NCBI GenBank assembly: GCA_964106915.2
Contig: OZ066914.1
Reading direction: 5' to 3' (one strand)
DNA length: 64,000 nt
Source of the DNA: Podarcis gaigeae
Taxonomy: Eukaryota
Below are positions 1 through 11,980 of the stretch, piece by piece. The stretch's first letter is position 1. Each line of letters starts with the position of its first letter. A program made the translations under genes and the position numbers. Under the pieces are notes generated by a model. It was given only the letters and a program-made list of their open reading frames with translations. It was not told the DNA's origin and did no database searches.

Positions 1-2538
1 GGTGCCTATGGGGGAAACCTCACTAACAGGACATTAGTACAATAGCACTCTACAGCTCACGTTTCTCAGTTCACTCACTGTTGACTTCTCAAGTGAATTC
101 AGTGGGAATGTTTGGGACAAGAATCAACACAAACAAAACTGCCCAAGCTGCAGTGGCTTGCGAATCTCCTAATGGAATGCTTTAAGCCCATTACAACACT
201 GTCTAGAAATGTTTCCTTTTATAAATGTGCTTATTTGTATCAATGGTATACTGCAAAAGAGTAAACTTCTTTTCCATGTGCCAGAACAGGATTCTAATGG
301 GATTCTAATATACCATTATAACATCCCAACCTTTTTCTGAACAGAAACGTTATGCCAAAATAGAAGTCTCAGCTAATTAAAACACACACATAGCGGGAAC
401 TTTAGCAAGATGAAATATTAATGTCTGTGGCATGTTATATCTCTATCTCCCGCTGCTATTTCTTTCTTGTTGTAAGACATGGGCAGTACAGTGCAATCAT
501 GTATTGCTGGGGCCCAGACATGTTATGAGGCACCCTGCCAAGAGTCAACACTATTATCTTGATTCTCATGCAAGGCATGTCCCTGGGGAACTCAGAGATG
601 GCACACAATGCCTTTGACCTTGCCAGGCCATGAGCCGAGTGTTTTAACTCTTTTTAATACTGAATTTTAAACTGTTGTAACCCACTCTGGGCCCTGCTGG
701 AGAAGGGCAAGTAACAAATTTAACCACTACCACCATCCTACCCAGCCCACCTTGGAAAAGGGCCATAGTGCACTCTGATTTTTAATTCGCGCCTGGTGCA
801 TTCTTACTTGGATTGCAGTCTTTTAAAAAATAATAATATTAAAGCTTTTTATAATACAAAAAACTAAAAGAAACTAATCTAAATAAAAATAAAAGCAGAG
901 AAGAAAAAAGAAAATGCAGAGTCCTCTCTCAAAGGTAGCTATTAATTCTCGCCTCACACAGAAAGTGGTGGACCCTCCTAGCTCTCACCTAGGAGCTTTC
1001 CTTTTTCTTCTCCCAGTCTCACCCTGGGAGGTCTTCCCTTTCCTGCCTCTCACTCAGGATCTGGGTCCTTCCACTAACCATCCACCAACTTCATGTGTGT
1101 GTAATCCTTGGACCCTTGCAGTATTTTGTTACTTAAAGTAAACATCACCATGGTTTCAATGCTGCTGCTGCTACCACTACTACTAACCTTATATACAATA
1201 GGATTACAAGTATGTCGCCACACAAACTGCAGCACAGGAATAGAATAGCAGGTGGGCAGCTCATGAGGGCAGGCGAGTTAGCAAGCTGGCTGCTCAGCTG
1301 AGTGCCATGGATGGTGAGTGGCCCATGCAAACCACAGACTGAGGAATAGTCAGGACAGAGCAGGGCAGCCCCCCACAACCATCCTGCTCTGCTGTCACCG
1401 CACACCTCACACCAAGGAGACAGAAGAGGAGGGAAGCAGCAGCACAGCAGGACCACTGCTGTGGAGCTGTAACAGCTTGTCTTGCCTGTTCCGCTGCAGC
1501 AACCCCTGGGTCACAGTTGGGCTGAGCTGTAAGAGAAGCTAGTATGGCTTGGCCAAGTGGGCAGGCATATGAAGAGGGAAGTGGAAGCAGGGAGGCAGGT
1601 GGGAGCACAGAAACAAAGAGTGGAAAGTCTCTCCTTCAACCTGTCCTCCCCTCACGCTGTTGCCACTGCCACAGCAGGGGGGGGGACTACATCTCTCCGG
1701 AATGAATGCTGACCTCCCTTTAAGGCCTTTGGTGATTTTCCTTTTAGCTGCAGCTAGACTGGTTATACCACAGGATGGAAGGATGCTTCTGTTATTAATG
1801 TGAACTGCTGTTATAAGAAGGCTTTGTTCTTACCTGTCTCAGAAAAAATTAACCCATCATCTTATGGTTTTGAAGGGGAGTGCTAAACTAGTGGACTTTG
1901 CTGCCAGTTGAAGGGCTATTGTGACGCACACGAACAAATGACATATGAAACCACTTGTCCCAGTGAAGTAGTATGACTCCGTTTGACTGATTGGTCCAAA
2001 TCATGTCCCCTTTACCCGAACCTGCTTAGCAAGACATTCCTCAGCTCTTCATTTATTGCCTGATGCCTCTCGCTCTCGACTTTGCACTTCCCTTGCTATT
2101 CCACAAAGCCATTTCAGTGACTGCTTTTGTTCTCTTTAGCATGTTTCTTTAGCATGGTAGGGTTGTTAAGCAACATGAGTGGGGACACATTGATAATAAT
2201 AATAGTAATAACAATAACAACAATAATAATGTGATTAAGTGTGTGATTGCAGAACTTTATCACTCAGAAAGGTCTTTCCCATGCCTGCCTAAAACTGAAG
2301 AGGTTCTTTCCGTATTTCTATTTATTGCTAACAGTACTGATTTACAGTACTTCAGTTAAGTTTTAGGAATGCATCATTATTTGCTAATGAAACCACAACC
2401 ATTTTGAGCACTACACTCATGCTTGCATCATGTTAGCTGCCAACAATTACACACTCCCCTGTGAGTTTTAAGTTTTCAGTGGGCAAATGTATTCCACAGC
2501 TAATCTCAATACTAAAATATACTTGTGATGTAGCTTTA

Positions 2539-2903
2539 AAAGGTAAAGGTAAAGGTACCCCTGCCCGTGCGGGCCAGTCTTGACAGACTCTGGGGTTGTG
2601 CGCCCATCTCACTCAAGAGGCCAGGGGCCAGCGCTGTCCGGAGACACTTCCGGGTCACGTGGCCAGCGTGACATCGCTGCTCTGGCGAGCCAGAGCCACA
2701 CACGGAAACGCCGTTTACCTTCCCGCTGGTAAGCGGTCCCTATTTATCTACTTGCACCTGGAGGTGCTTTCGAACTGCTAGGTTGGCAGGCGCTGGGACC
2801 GAGCAGCGGGAGCGCACCCCGCCGCAGGGATTCGAACCGCCGACCTTTCGATCGGCAAGTCCTAGGCGCTGAGGCTTTAACCCACAGCGCCACCTGCGTC
2901 CCC
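2539..2903 (-). mobile_element. Sauria SINE, full length
   Basis: Minus-strand 5' end GGGACGCAGGTGGCGCTGTGG, tRNA-like B box and (ACCTTT)n tail. 12-bp TSD GATGTAGCTTTA at 2527-2538 / 2904-2915. Confidence 0.9.
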
Positions 2904-4848
2904 GATGTAGCTTTAGTGGTGGTTTATTAGCATTTATAGAAAGCATGAGGAACAAGGGGAAGTTGTTCCACTAGCATGCATAATTTAAAGTTGTGTGCCT
3001 GAATCTTCAACTCTCTTGGTTCAACAAACTGCCTAAAGCTGAGACTGTTATATCGAGCAAGTATTGCAAGTGAGTTGTGAACAAATAGCAAGTTACCCAG
3101 AGGCACACCCTTCCCCTTTTGGAGATGAGTTTGTGGGCTGGTGTCTGCAACTGCACAATATCCACTTACAGTGCAGAGACTTTTGTTGTCAAATTGTGCT
3201 AATAAAACTTCATCTTGCCTGCCTCCTCAACAAACACACCACTTCTGGCCCATTTTCCAATACACTCAGATGTAAGATAATGAAGAGGAGGTGGCAGGCA
3301 TATAAGGAGGTTTCATCTCCACCAGTAATAGGATATAAGTGGGTGTATTGCCAGAACGGTAATTTGGCAAATTAATTAGGCTTGGATTCCTGCTGTCTAT
3401 TTCAAGTATTTAGACATGGTAAGTAGCTGGCAACCAGGACTTGGTGGGGCAATGTTCACTGAACAAAATGTGAAATATGAGTCTGGGAGAACTTGAATTC
3501 AAATCCCAGCTTAGAAACGGATACCTGCAAGGCAACCTTGGAGAAATAATTTTCTCCAAGTCTCAGATATGTTTTCTCCATTTGTAAAATCACCAGTCTT
3601 CACAATATGAGTTAATAAGATGAGTTGATCTAGTAATTAATAGTATTCTTTGAAGAAATACAGAAGTGTGCATAGCTGAAGGCGCTTTATCGTAAGGCAT
3701 ATCTTTACTTGAAAGACCAAATATTCTTACTCCTGCTTATGTTGGCAGTGTCTTGCAGAAATGCAACATGACACTCTCTAACCTTTATGCAAACCTGTTC
3801 TTGAAAACTATACCAATTATGCTACAACACCATAGGGCAAGATGCCAGCAGTTCCTCAGGAAAAAGGAAATCCCTTGCCATCATCACCATTTGCCTGAAA
3901 CTGTCTGAGAACTTTACGCATGAGGATATAAAGTTTACAAATGCTTTTGCTAAAGGAATAGGAGAGGAGATTAAAACACTTCCTGGGCTTTGAGTCAGAA
4001 TAAATGTGAACTTCCTCTGTGTCTGTAATCTGCAGTACAGCAAAAGGTGGTGAACATAATGAAATCCCCATATCTTATTATTTCATGGAAGAAAATAGAT
4101 TCTACACTCATTCCTGACAACAGAATTTTAATCTCTCCTCTTAGAACAAAATGAATATATTTAGATTTTTACAGATAAAAATTAGACCAAGTTTGAAAGC
4201 ACATGAACGATGCACTCCCACACTACATGCAATACCCTGGCACTAAAAAAAATGGTAATTATTTATAATTATAAGTATAATTATTAATTATGTGCCACAG
4301 TAAAGAAGAAAGGTAAAGTTACCAATAAATATAAGCAATACAGCTCTGGAGGTTTTTAAAGAAGCAACACCAGACAAAAGCACAGTCATTTACATAGTGG
4401 CTGAGAGGATTTCTTCTCTTGACGTGAAAGGGAAACTTACACAAGCTATATCTACATTGAAACCAGGAATGGGAAACATGTAACCCTCTGCCCTTCAGAT
4501 GTTGCTGAACTCCAACTCCCATCAGCATGGCCAATGGTCAGTAATGATGGGAGCTGTAGTCCAAAATCTGGAGGGCCACAGATCCCCACCCCCAATCTAC
4601 ACAGTCTGTGAAAGCTCCCCTTGTAAGAAGTGTTCCTGTTATCTCAACATGGAAATGGCTAGGCATTCAGCCAGTACTACCTCTTCACTAACTTTTTTTT
4701 TAAAGTGTCCTCAGTTTGGGAAGACATAGCCAGAGGAAGTAAACAGTTGCACAAAGAGGTGAAACAACATCAGCATGATTTACTAGAGGAAAAACAAACA
4801 AACATCTGAATGCAGAATCTCCCTTTAAATCATGGATATCAGCAAGAC

Positions 4849-4995
4849 CAGTGCTTTTTTTCTGGAAGGATGCAGTGGTATGCATACCCCTAAACATTTT
4901 GAGAATCTAGGTTTGGCCTCATTGAGGGACAGTATTTCAATATGAGTAGGAAAATGAGGGTGCCCCTAAATTTTTTTTTTAGAAAAAAAGCACTG
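4849..4995. mobile_element. hAT-type MITE (CAGTGCTTTTTT TIR)
   Basis: TIRs plus 8-bp TSD AGCA(A/G)GAC. Confidence 0.8.
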
Positions 4996-6614
4996 AGCAG
5001 GACAATTATGAAATATTAAAAGCATTTCGATACAACTCAGAAGTCTCTGATCCTTACACCAGTTTGATGTCAACAGACAGTTCCTAATATTGGCTGCTGA
5101 AATTAGATTGATCAACTAATCAGGTTGACAATGTTTTTAATAAAATATACTATCTGTTTTCATTTGCTTTTCAGTTTAATGTGCAGTTGCACAAGTACAT
5201 ACTCCCTTTTGGATAGGAAATTCTTTGTTTTATGTAGTTTAGGATCATACCTGCCTTCTTAAACAACTGTATGACTAATTGCAAAATGTTAAGAGTGTCT
5301 CCCTTTACACAGTGTTGTGTTCTTTTTCCTTCTTTTTGTATCACTTTACTGCTTTAAATTTGATTTTTTTCAATAAAATATCAATTAATTAGAAAAATAA
5401 AAAAGGCTGTTTATCTGGGAGTAAGGCCCATACAATTCAGTGAGACTTGCTTTTCAGTAGACTTCTATAGGATTATGCTGCATGACTGCAAAACTTTATT
5501 TATTTATTTACCGCTACATCATAGAAATCTATCACAGTAGTTTACAACAATATGGGCAGTTAAATGGGAACAAGACCCACTGAAATCAACATGACTTTTA
5601 GCACAATCTTATGCATATCTGCTGAAAAGTAACCGTTCATTCCTGTACGTGACTATTAAGATGTAAGAACCATTGAGTTCAACTGAACTTGCTCTAAAGA
5701 ACTGCAGCAGAAAAATGTCCATATCACTTTTCGATCTTTTTCAATAAATGAATAATAAAAACAGTTTGTTTCTAATAAACCAAAGTTTTATGCTTTCTGC
5801 AACAGAAAGCCCTATGCAAGATCTCCCCAAACTTCTGAATTATGTTGAGACAGTTTCATAGTTATCATGATGCTTCATTAAGTAAAATTAAACCAAGGAA
5901 AATTTCAAATACTGTATACATGGGTATCAAGTTGCACTGAAACATTTGAGAAATTTGAAATGTTGTAATTATTTTCATTGTTGTATATAACTCTAACCAC
6001 AACAGTAGAGAGAAATAATATACAGCATTGTTTTCCTATTTAATATTGACAGCCTCCTTCTGAGGTGCAAATGACTGCTAACTTCCAAGTATTACCAAAT
6101 AAGGAAGGAAACAAAACACAATGGGTTCAGGTCACTGCATACAAACAACAGCTGAGCTTCACGGCAGTTTTTCATATTGGGTGGGGGAATCTTCCTAACA
6201 GCATCGTTGTAAATGGACTAGTAGGGGGTGAAACCCCAATGTTTAGAAACAATTCATTAGGGTAAATATTTTATATCACACAATCTGACTGAGCACACAG
6301 CATTTTCCACCGATGTTCAAACATTAAGCATGCCTTTTAAATAAAAGCAGCAAGACATGACTCCATGTGTGAGAGAGGGGTGGAGAGGAAGATTTTACCC
6401 TGGCTAATGAGGTTGGGCTTTAAATTTATTCTATAGACAGAATATGCATAATATCCACCCCCCAAAAAAACACACCCAATGATGAGACAGTGCTAAGATG
6501 TCTGAACCACATAACAACAGAAAAGTGTTTATGTGAGCTTTGCAAAAACAAAAGAAAACCCAGAGAGCTCTGTCAGTCAGTGCACTGTTGATGATATTGA
6601 ACTCTGGATCAGTA

Positions 6615-6875
6615 CAGTCATACCTCGGGTTACAGACACTTCAGGTTGTGCATTTTCGGGTTGTACACCGCACCGAACCCGGAAGTATGAGAATGGGTTA
6701 CTTCCGGGTTTCGGCACTCGCACATGTGCAGACCCACTAAATCATGCTTTCCGCATGCGCAGAAGCGCCGAATCACAACCCCCGTGTGTGCAGACATGGC
6801 GCTGTGGATTGCGAATGCTGCGGGTTGCGAGCGTGCCTCCTGCACGGATCCTGTTTGCAAGCCAAGCATCCACTG
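6615..6875. mobile_element. Tc1/mariner-type MITE
   Basis: TA-flanked CAGT...ACTG ends and a CpG-rich internal palindrome. Confidence 0.75.
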
Positions 6876-8261
6876 TATAAGCGAACTTCATGCTCCTATC
6901 AGCTGCCCTTCCCTTCATAACCATGCAAGCTTCTCACTGGAAATGTTTGGTGGTGGCAGCCAGACAAACAAATGCACAATGGGGGCTGACCTCAAGTGGC
7001 TCACTATGTATATCAGCTATCATGCGGAGGCAGTTTCATGCAGCTTCCAAATGATTATATCGTGATTATAGCATTTTTTTTCAGCACAGCACTGTTGTAT
7101 TCGTTATCTAATTGGCATGACCTGTAGTTTATACAACTGCACTGCTTGTAGATCTTAAATCTACATAGCTCGTTCCCTCAGCAAAGCAGACTACTTTTTT
7201 TCTCTTGACCAACACAAGTTGGGCTTTCAGTTATGAAAATCAGCTTTTGATTTATTTATTTTTGAACTGGCAAAGGTTGGGTTGACTTAAAGCAGAGCTC
7301 ACCATAACTTATCCTAGGATTTAGTTCAGTGCCAGGCTCTGCCCTTGCCATGGAATGCAGTGCCTCTGAAAGTGCGCACTTGGCTTTTCTCTCAATGCTC
7401 AGTCATGGCCATAAGCCCCCACAATTTGGGATAGGTAGTATGGGCTTACGAATCGCAAGCTCTGGCACCCCTCAGTTTAGAAATTTCTCTGGCATAAAGC
7501 AATGCTCCAAGTTAAAAACAAAGCAATAAAAGACCTACAACTAGCCATTAGACAAAGTTAATCACCTTTATCTATAACTCTAACTATAGAAGAACTATTT
7601 TTAAATTCAACATAATCTTGGTAGATTTAAAGTGTGTGTGTAGTATGTAAAGCATCTGGTGAACAACAAAAAAAAAAAACCAATCTGCTAAAAGACACAG
7701 AGAACCAAAAAGGAAACACGAAAAACCAGTGACAGAGAGTGTTTGGGTAAAGGTAAGAAACAGTCTTCAGCAATTAAGAGAGAGAAATGGATTGTGAAGA
7801 AGAAAATAGACTTCTCTAGTATCTTTTAATAGGCTCACTGGACACTTGATAGATAGCACGCACCACTGACAAATACTAAACTGTTGCCCTCTATGGATAT
7901 TTCCCCTTTTTAGAATTCTGTAAAGAACGCCAAAGTTACATGGAGCTAGACAAAACATGACATTTAGCAAGCAAGCAAACTATCACACATCTAATAACAG
8001 GTTTATCTTTGTACTATGAAAGTTTTAAGAGAGAACATTTAGCAAACAGAACAGAAGTTACAAGTCACAACAAAAGGTAGCATTCCATATGACTTAACTA
8101 CTCTCCTTTCTTTCGCTTTTGAACAGTCGTGGATATGCACCTGGCCTGAGATCCATGCTAAAAGCATTTGATACTCCCACCAAAATGCTATGGAGAGCCA
8201 TTCACTCACAATACGTGTATTTTATGTAAAGTTCACAATTGTATTAAAGAAGCTTAGTCTG

Positions 8262-8392
8262 CATAGCTCAGTCAGTACAGCATGGGACTCTTAATCCCAG
8301 GGTCTGAGGCTTGAGTCCCGTGTTGGGTGAAAGATTCTTGCACTGCAAGGGTTTGGACTAGATGACCTGCATGGCCCTTTCCAACTCTACAA
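8262..8392 (+). mobile_element. Short tRNA-derived SINE with CR1-like tail (Squam2-like)
   Basis: ATAGCTCAGTCAGTACAGCAT head and GGACTAGATGACC...TTCCAACTCTACAAT tail. A similar copy lies at 23019-23146. Confidence 0.6.
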
Positions 8393-10021
8393 TATTAAAA
8401 TTTGCAGCAGGGCAAAAAACAGCAGTAGGCTTGAAATCTGCATGGAGAACCGAGGGCATGCAAATATCCTTATCTCTGGTATTGGTCAACACCATCTAGC
8501 TCAGACCTTATCACCTGCTTTAAATTTAAGTGAGGTTCTGATTGCAGGATCACCATAAAGATGAGTTGAGAGCCCCCCTCTCCAGATTCCCTGCCTCCGC
8601 CCACCCACCCCTCTATCCAGCATTCACCAGCAGGGCAGTACCTGCATGCTATTTTGCTATTTGAGCTTCTTGCACCTGAAATGAGCTCTCCTCTAGTGAC
8701 AGGGCCAGTAAAATGAGCACCTGTAAACAATACTGAAGCTAAGCAAGTGTAGACCTGATCAGTCCTGGATGTAAGACCACTCTAGACCTATATGCATGAT
8801 GCTCTGAGCTTTCCAAGGAAATAAAAATAGGAAGCAATAACAATAAAAAGAATCAAATACGGTTTGAGGGTGAAAAGACCTAGAAATATTAGCAGCCATC
8901 GTGACATAAATTTGATCCAGTCAATTATAACTGAAACCTTTTATCAATCACCATGGATGGAAAAGCAACAGGGAATGGTATTTTCTTGGCAAGGGCAGTT
9001 TCTAGTGTCTGTGCTTAAAGGCTGCACTATTATATACTGTTTTCTAAGGAATCCTCGATGCTGTGAAACACAAATACCCTGGAAAAAAGCAATTTCTATG
9101 TAAATTGTTGAACAAATACCCAGGCTATTCAGTAAATGTCCTTAAATGGCATCTCATCCCCTGTCTTATGAGAGAAGGAATCACTCTCATCTTCTGAACA
9201 CTCAGGAATTTGGAAGGGACACAAAGCATATGGAACAAGGCAGACCCAGCACATTCTTTATACCAGGAAACAACCAGATAATTATATCTCAGCAGGGGCC
9301 CCAGTTCAAGTCCGGCACAATTTGTGCAGTAATTAATTCAGCTGAAGCAAGGGGTGGGGCAGCTTTCACACAAAACTAGCCCAATTCAGGGTAATGGTAT
9401 GTTTTCTTTTACTATTAAAATATTCCAAAAATAAAGGGCTAGTTTAGGCAGATCATTTGGTATTAATGTAGGTAGCTCTGACCTTCCTCAGGCACACACT
9501 CCTATGGATAAATGTAATTAGCAATGGGTGGAACCGTCCCTTTTATTTTGGTGTTGGATATCCATGGAAACACTGCAGTGTGTCTCTGGTACCTGCAGGG
9601 ATGAGGAGGAAGAAGAGGAAAGATTCCTTCTGGATCAGACCAGAAGGTTCAGTACCTTCCTTCAACCTGTGGTCAATCACATGCCTTTGGGAATCAACAA
9701 GCTGCGTGTAAAGGCAAAGGCCTTCTTTTGCTGTTGCTCCCCTTCAACTGCTAACTCAGTTGTAAATCATGGGCAAATTTGTTTAATGTTATCAGTGTCA
9801 ATCAGGAATAGCCAATGTGATGCCCTCCTCCAGATGTTGCTGGACTGCAGCTCCCATGATCCATGGCCATTTTCCACACTGACTGAACCTGGTGAGAGTC
9901 GCAGTCCACATCTGGAGGACAAACATTGGCTATCTCTGATGTAGATTATGATAGTTCATACTATAGACAAGCACCATTATTTAATGTTATCACCGTGATT
10001 AGGTAAAATACAAGATGTACT

Positions 10022-10267
10022 AGAAGAAGAGTAGAAGAAGAGTTTAGATTTGATATCGCACTTTATCACTACCCGAAGGAGTCTCAAAGTGGCTAACATT
10101 CTCCTTTCCCTTCCTCCCCCACAACAAACACTCTGTGAGGTGAGTGGGGCTGAGAGACTTCAAAGAAGTGTGACTGGCCCAAGGTCACCTGCATGTGGAG
10201 GAGCGGGGACATGAACCCGGTTCCCCAGATTACAAGTCTACCGCTCTTAACCACTACACCACACAGG
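10022..10267 (-). mobile_element. tRNA-derived Squam3-type SINE with (TTC)n tail
   Basis: Minus strand reads GTGTGGTGTAGTGGTTAAGAGCGGTAGACT...GAACCGGGTTC (A/B boxes) and ends AAACTCTTCTTC. Confidence 0.8.
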
Positions 10268-11340
10268 CAAACAAAACTTGCAATTCACATGTTGTGGGGA
10301 TGTAGCCAAATTGAATCCAAAACTTAGGTGTGAATGGTATCTCTGCTGTCCTAGTTTTCAAACCTGGATGCTCCCTGAAGCTCTCAACATAGAAGCTTCC
10401 AGCATTTTGACCACATGAGAGTTATTTATAGAAAATTACAGAAGCTTCCTTCCCATATGCTACACATCTGTAAAAGTTTAATAGTTTCCTATTGTGGTAA
10501 GTGAAATGTTTATGCTACAAGGATTGTTATACCACACGTTTAGGTAAACCTTAATCAAAACCTTAATCAGTGGGGAGCGGGACCACTGACTCACAACCCC
10601 CCCCCAAAAAAAAATGTACAGCAAAACTCTGGTTGCAATTGTGAAACATTTCTCATTGGCTCATATAATTCAATGTACATGTTCTTAATTGTTTACCTTT
10701 TAAAAATGAACCCAGCCCGGAGGACTTTACAGTTTGCATTTCTTTTATATTTCTGCGCTTACAGCTTAAATTACATTGACATGGTGTTTTTCTCATTTCC
10801 ACTGGAAATGGCAGTGGCCAAGCATTTCACCATCTCCATAGCACAACCCACAACAGAGCTGCTAATACTGGATGACGTTGAACAAACAGCAATTCTCCAC
10901 TGCCTAGCAATTAAAGCTGATAAGAGGCCTGTGTTGTTTGGGAATTCTTTTCAGCTCTAGCAGTGAGCTCTGGAATCGCCAGCCACTGAAGGTTTTTATG
11001 ACATTGCTTTTTTTGAACGCAAGCAGTCTAGCTAGAGCTGATAAGAGCTTATGTATGCTTGGCTGGTGTTTGCCCATGACCAAGACTGTTGACAGGGGGT
11101 TCATTGTTGTGAAAGACAGCAACTAATCCCCAAGGACACCCTGGAACATTCCAACACTTTTCACAGAGGTGCTACTTTCTCACTGAATCTGGCATTGCTG
11201 TCATTCCACAAGTCTCTTTTCTTTGATGGCCGTGTATGTAGTGGGTTAGAGAACAAACAGAAATCATAATAGAACTTGCAGCAAGGTATGTTTTAGATAA
11301 ATCACACCTAGCTATGAGTTCTATTGCTATGGATGTTTGT

Positions 11341-11385
11341 TCACGAAGAGCCGGACATGACTAAACGACTAAACAACAACAAAAA
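11341..11385 (+). mobile_element. Very short BovB 3' tail, tail-to-tail with the 11402 element
   Basis: TCACGAAGAGCCGGACATGACTAAACGACTAAACAACAAC is the BovB 3' terminus. Confidence 0.8.
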
Positions 11386-11401
11386 GCCCCACTGAGCTAA
11401 C

Positions 11402-11980
11402 TTTGTTTTGTTGTTTAGTCGTGTCCGACTCTTCGTGACCCCATGGACCAGAGCACACCAGGCACTCCTGTCTTCATCTAGCAATATGGGGATCCCACAG
11501 TGAAACTGGTGTAGAATCAAAATCTTTCCATTGTCACTATAGCAGAAGTCTCTTTTGTTGTTGTTTAGTCATTTAGTCGTTTAGTCTTTGTCACCCCATG
11601 GACCAGAGCACGCCAGGCACTCCTGTCTTCCACTGCCTCCCGCAGCTTGGTCAAACTCATGCTAGTAGCTTCGAGAACACTATCCAACCATCTCGTCCTC
11701 TGTCGTCCCCTTCTCCTTGTGTCCTCCATCTTTCCCAACATCAGGGTCTTTTCCAGGAAGTCTTCCCTTCTCATGAGGTGGACAAAGTATTGGAGTCTCA
11801 GCTTTACGATCTGTCCTTCCAGTGAGCACTCAGGGCTGATTTCCTTAAGAATGGATAGGTTTGATCTTCTTGCAGTCCATGGGACTCTCAAGAGTCTCCT
11901 CCAGCACCATAATTCAAAGGCATCAATTCTTCGGCGATCAGCCTTCTTTATGGTCCAGCTCTCACTTCCATACATCACTA
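11402..11980 (-). mobile_element. BovB (RTE) 3' fragment, composite, containing a segment copied from 42163-42335
   Basis: Encodes YGSESWTIKKADRRRIDAFELWCWRRLLRVPW (BovB RT C-terminus) with a (CAA)n tail. 11-bp TSD ACTGAGCTAAC at 11391-11401 / 11981-11991. Confidence 0.92.

Noticed and set aside
11473-11980. 3' transduction or simple duplication as the origin of the shared 11.5/42.2-kb flank
   Set aside because: The BovB bodies differ by ~9% while the copied tract differs by ~1%. The recipient also has its own separate tail and TSD outside the copied flank.
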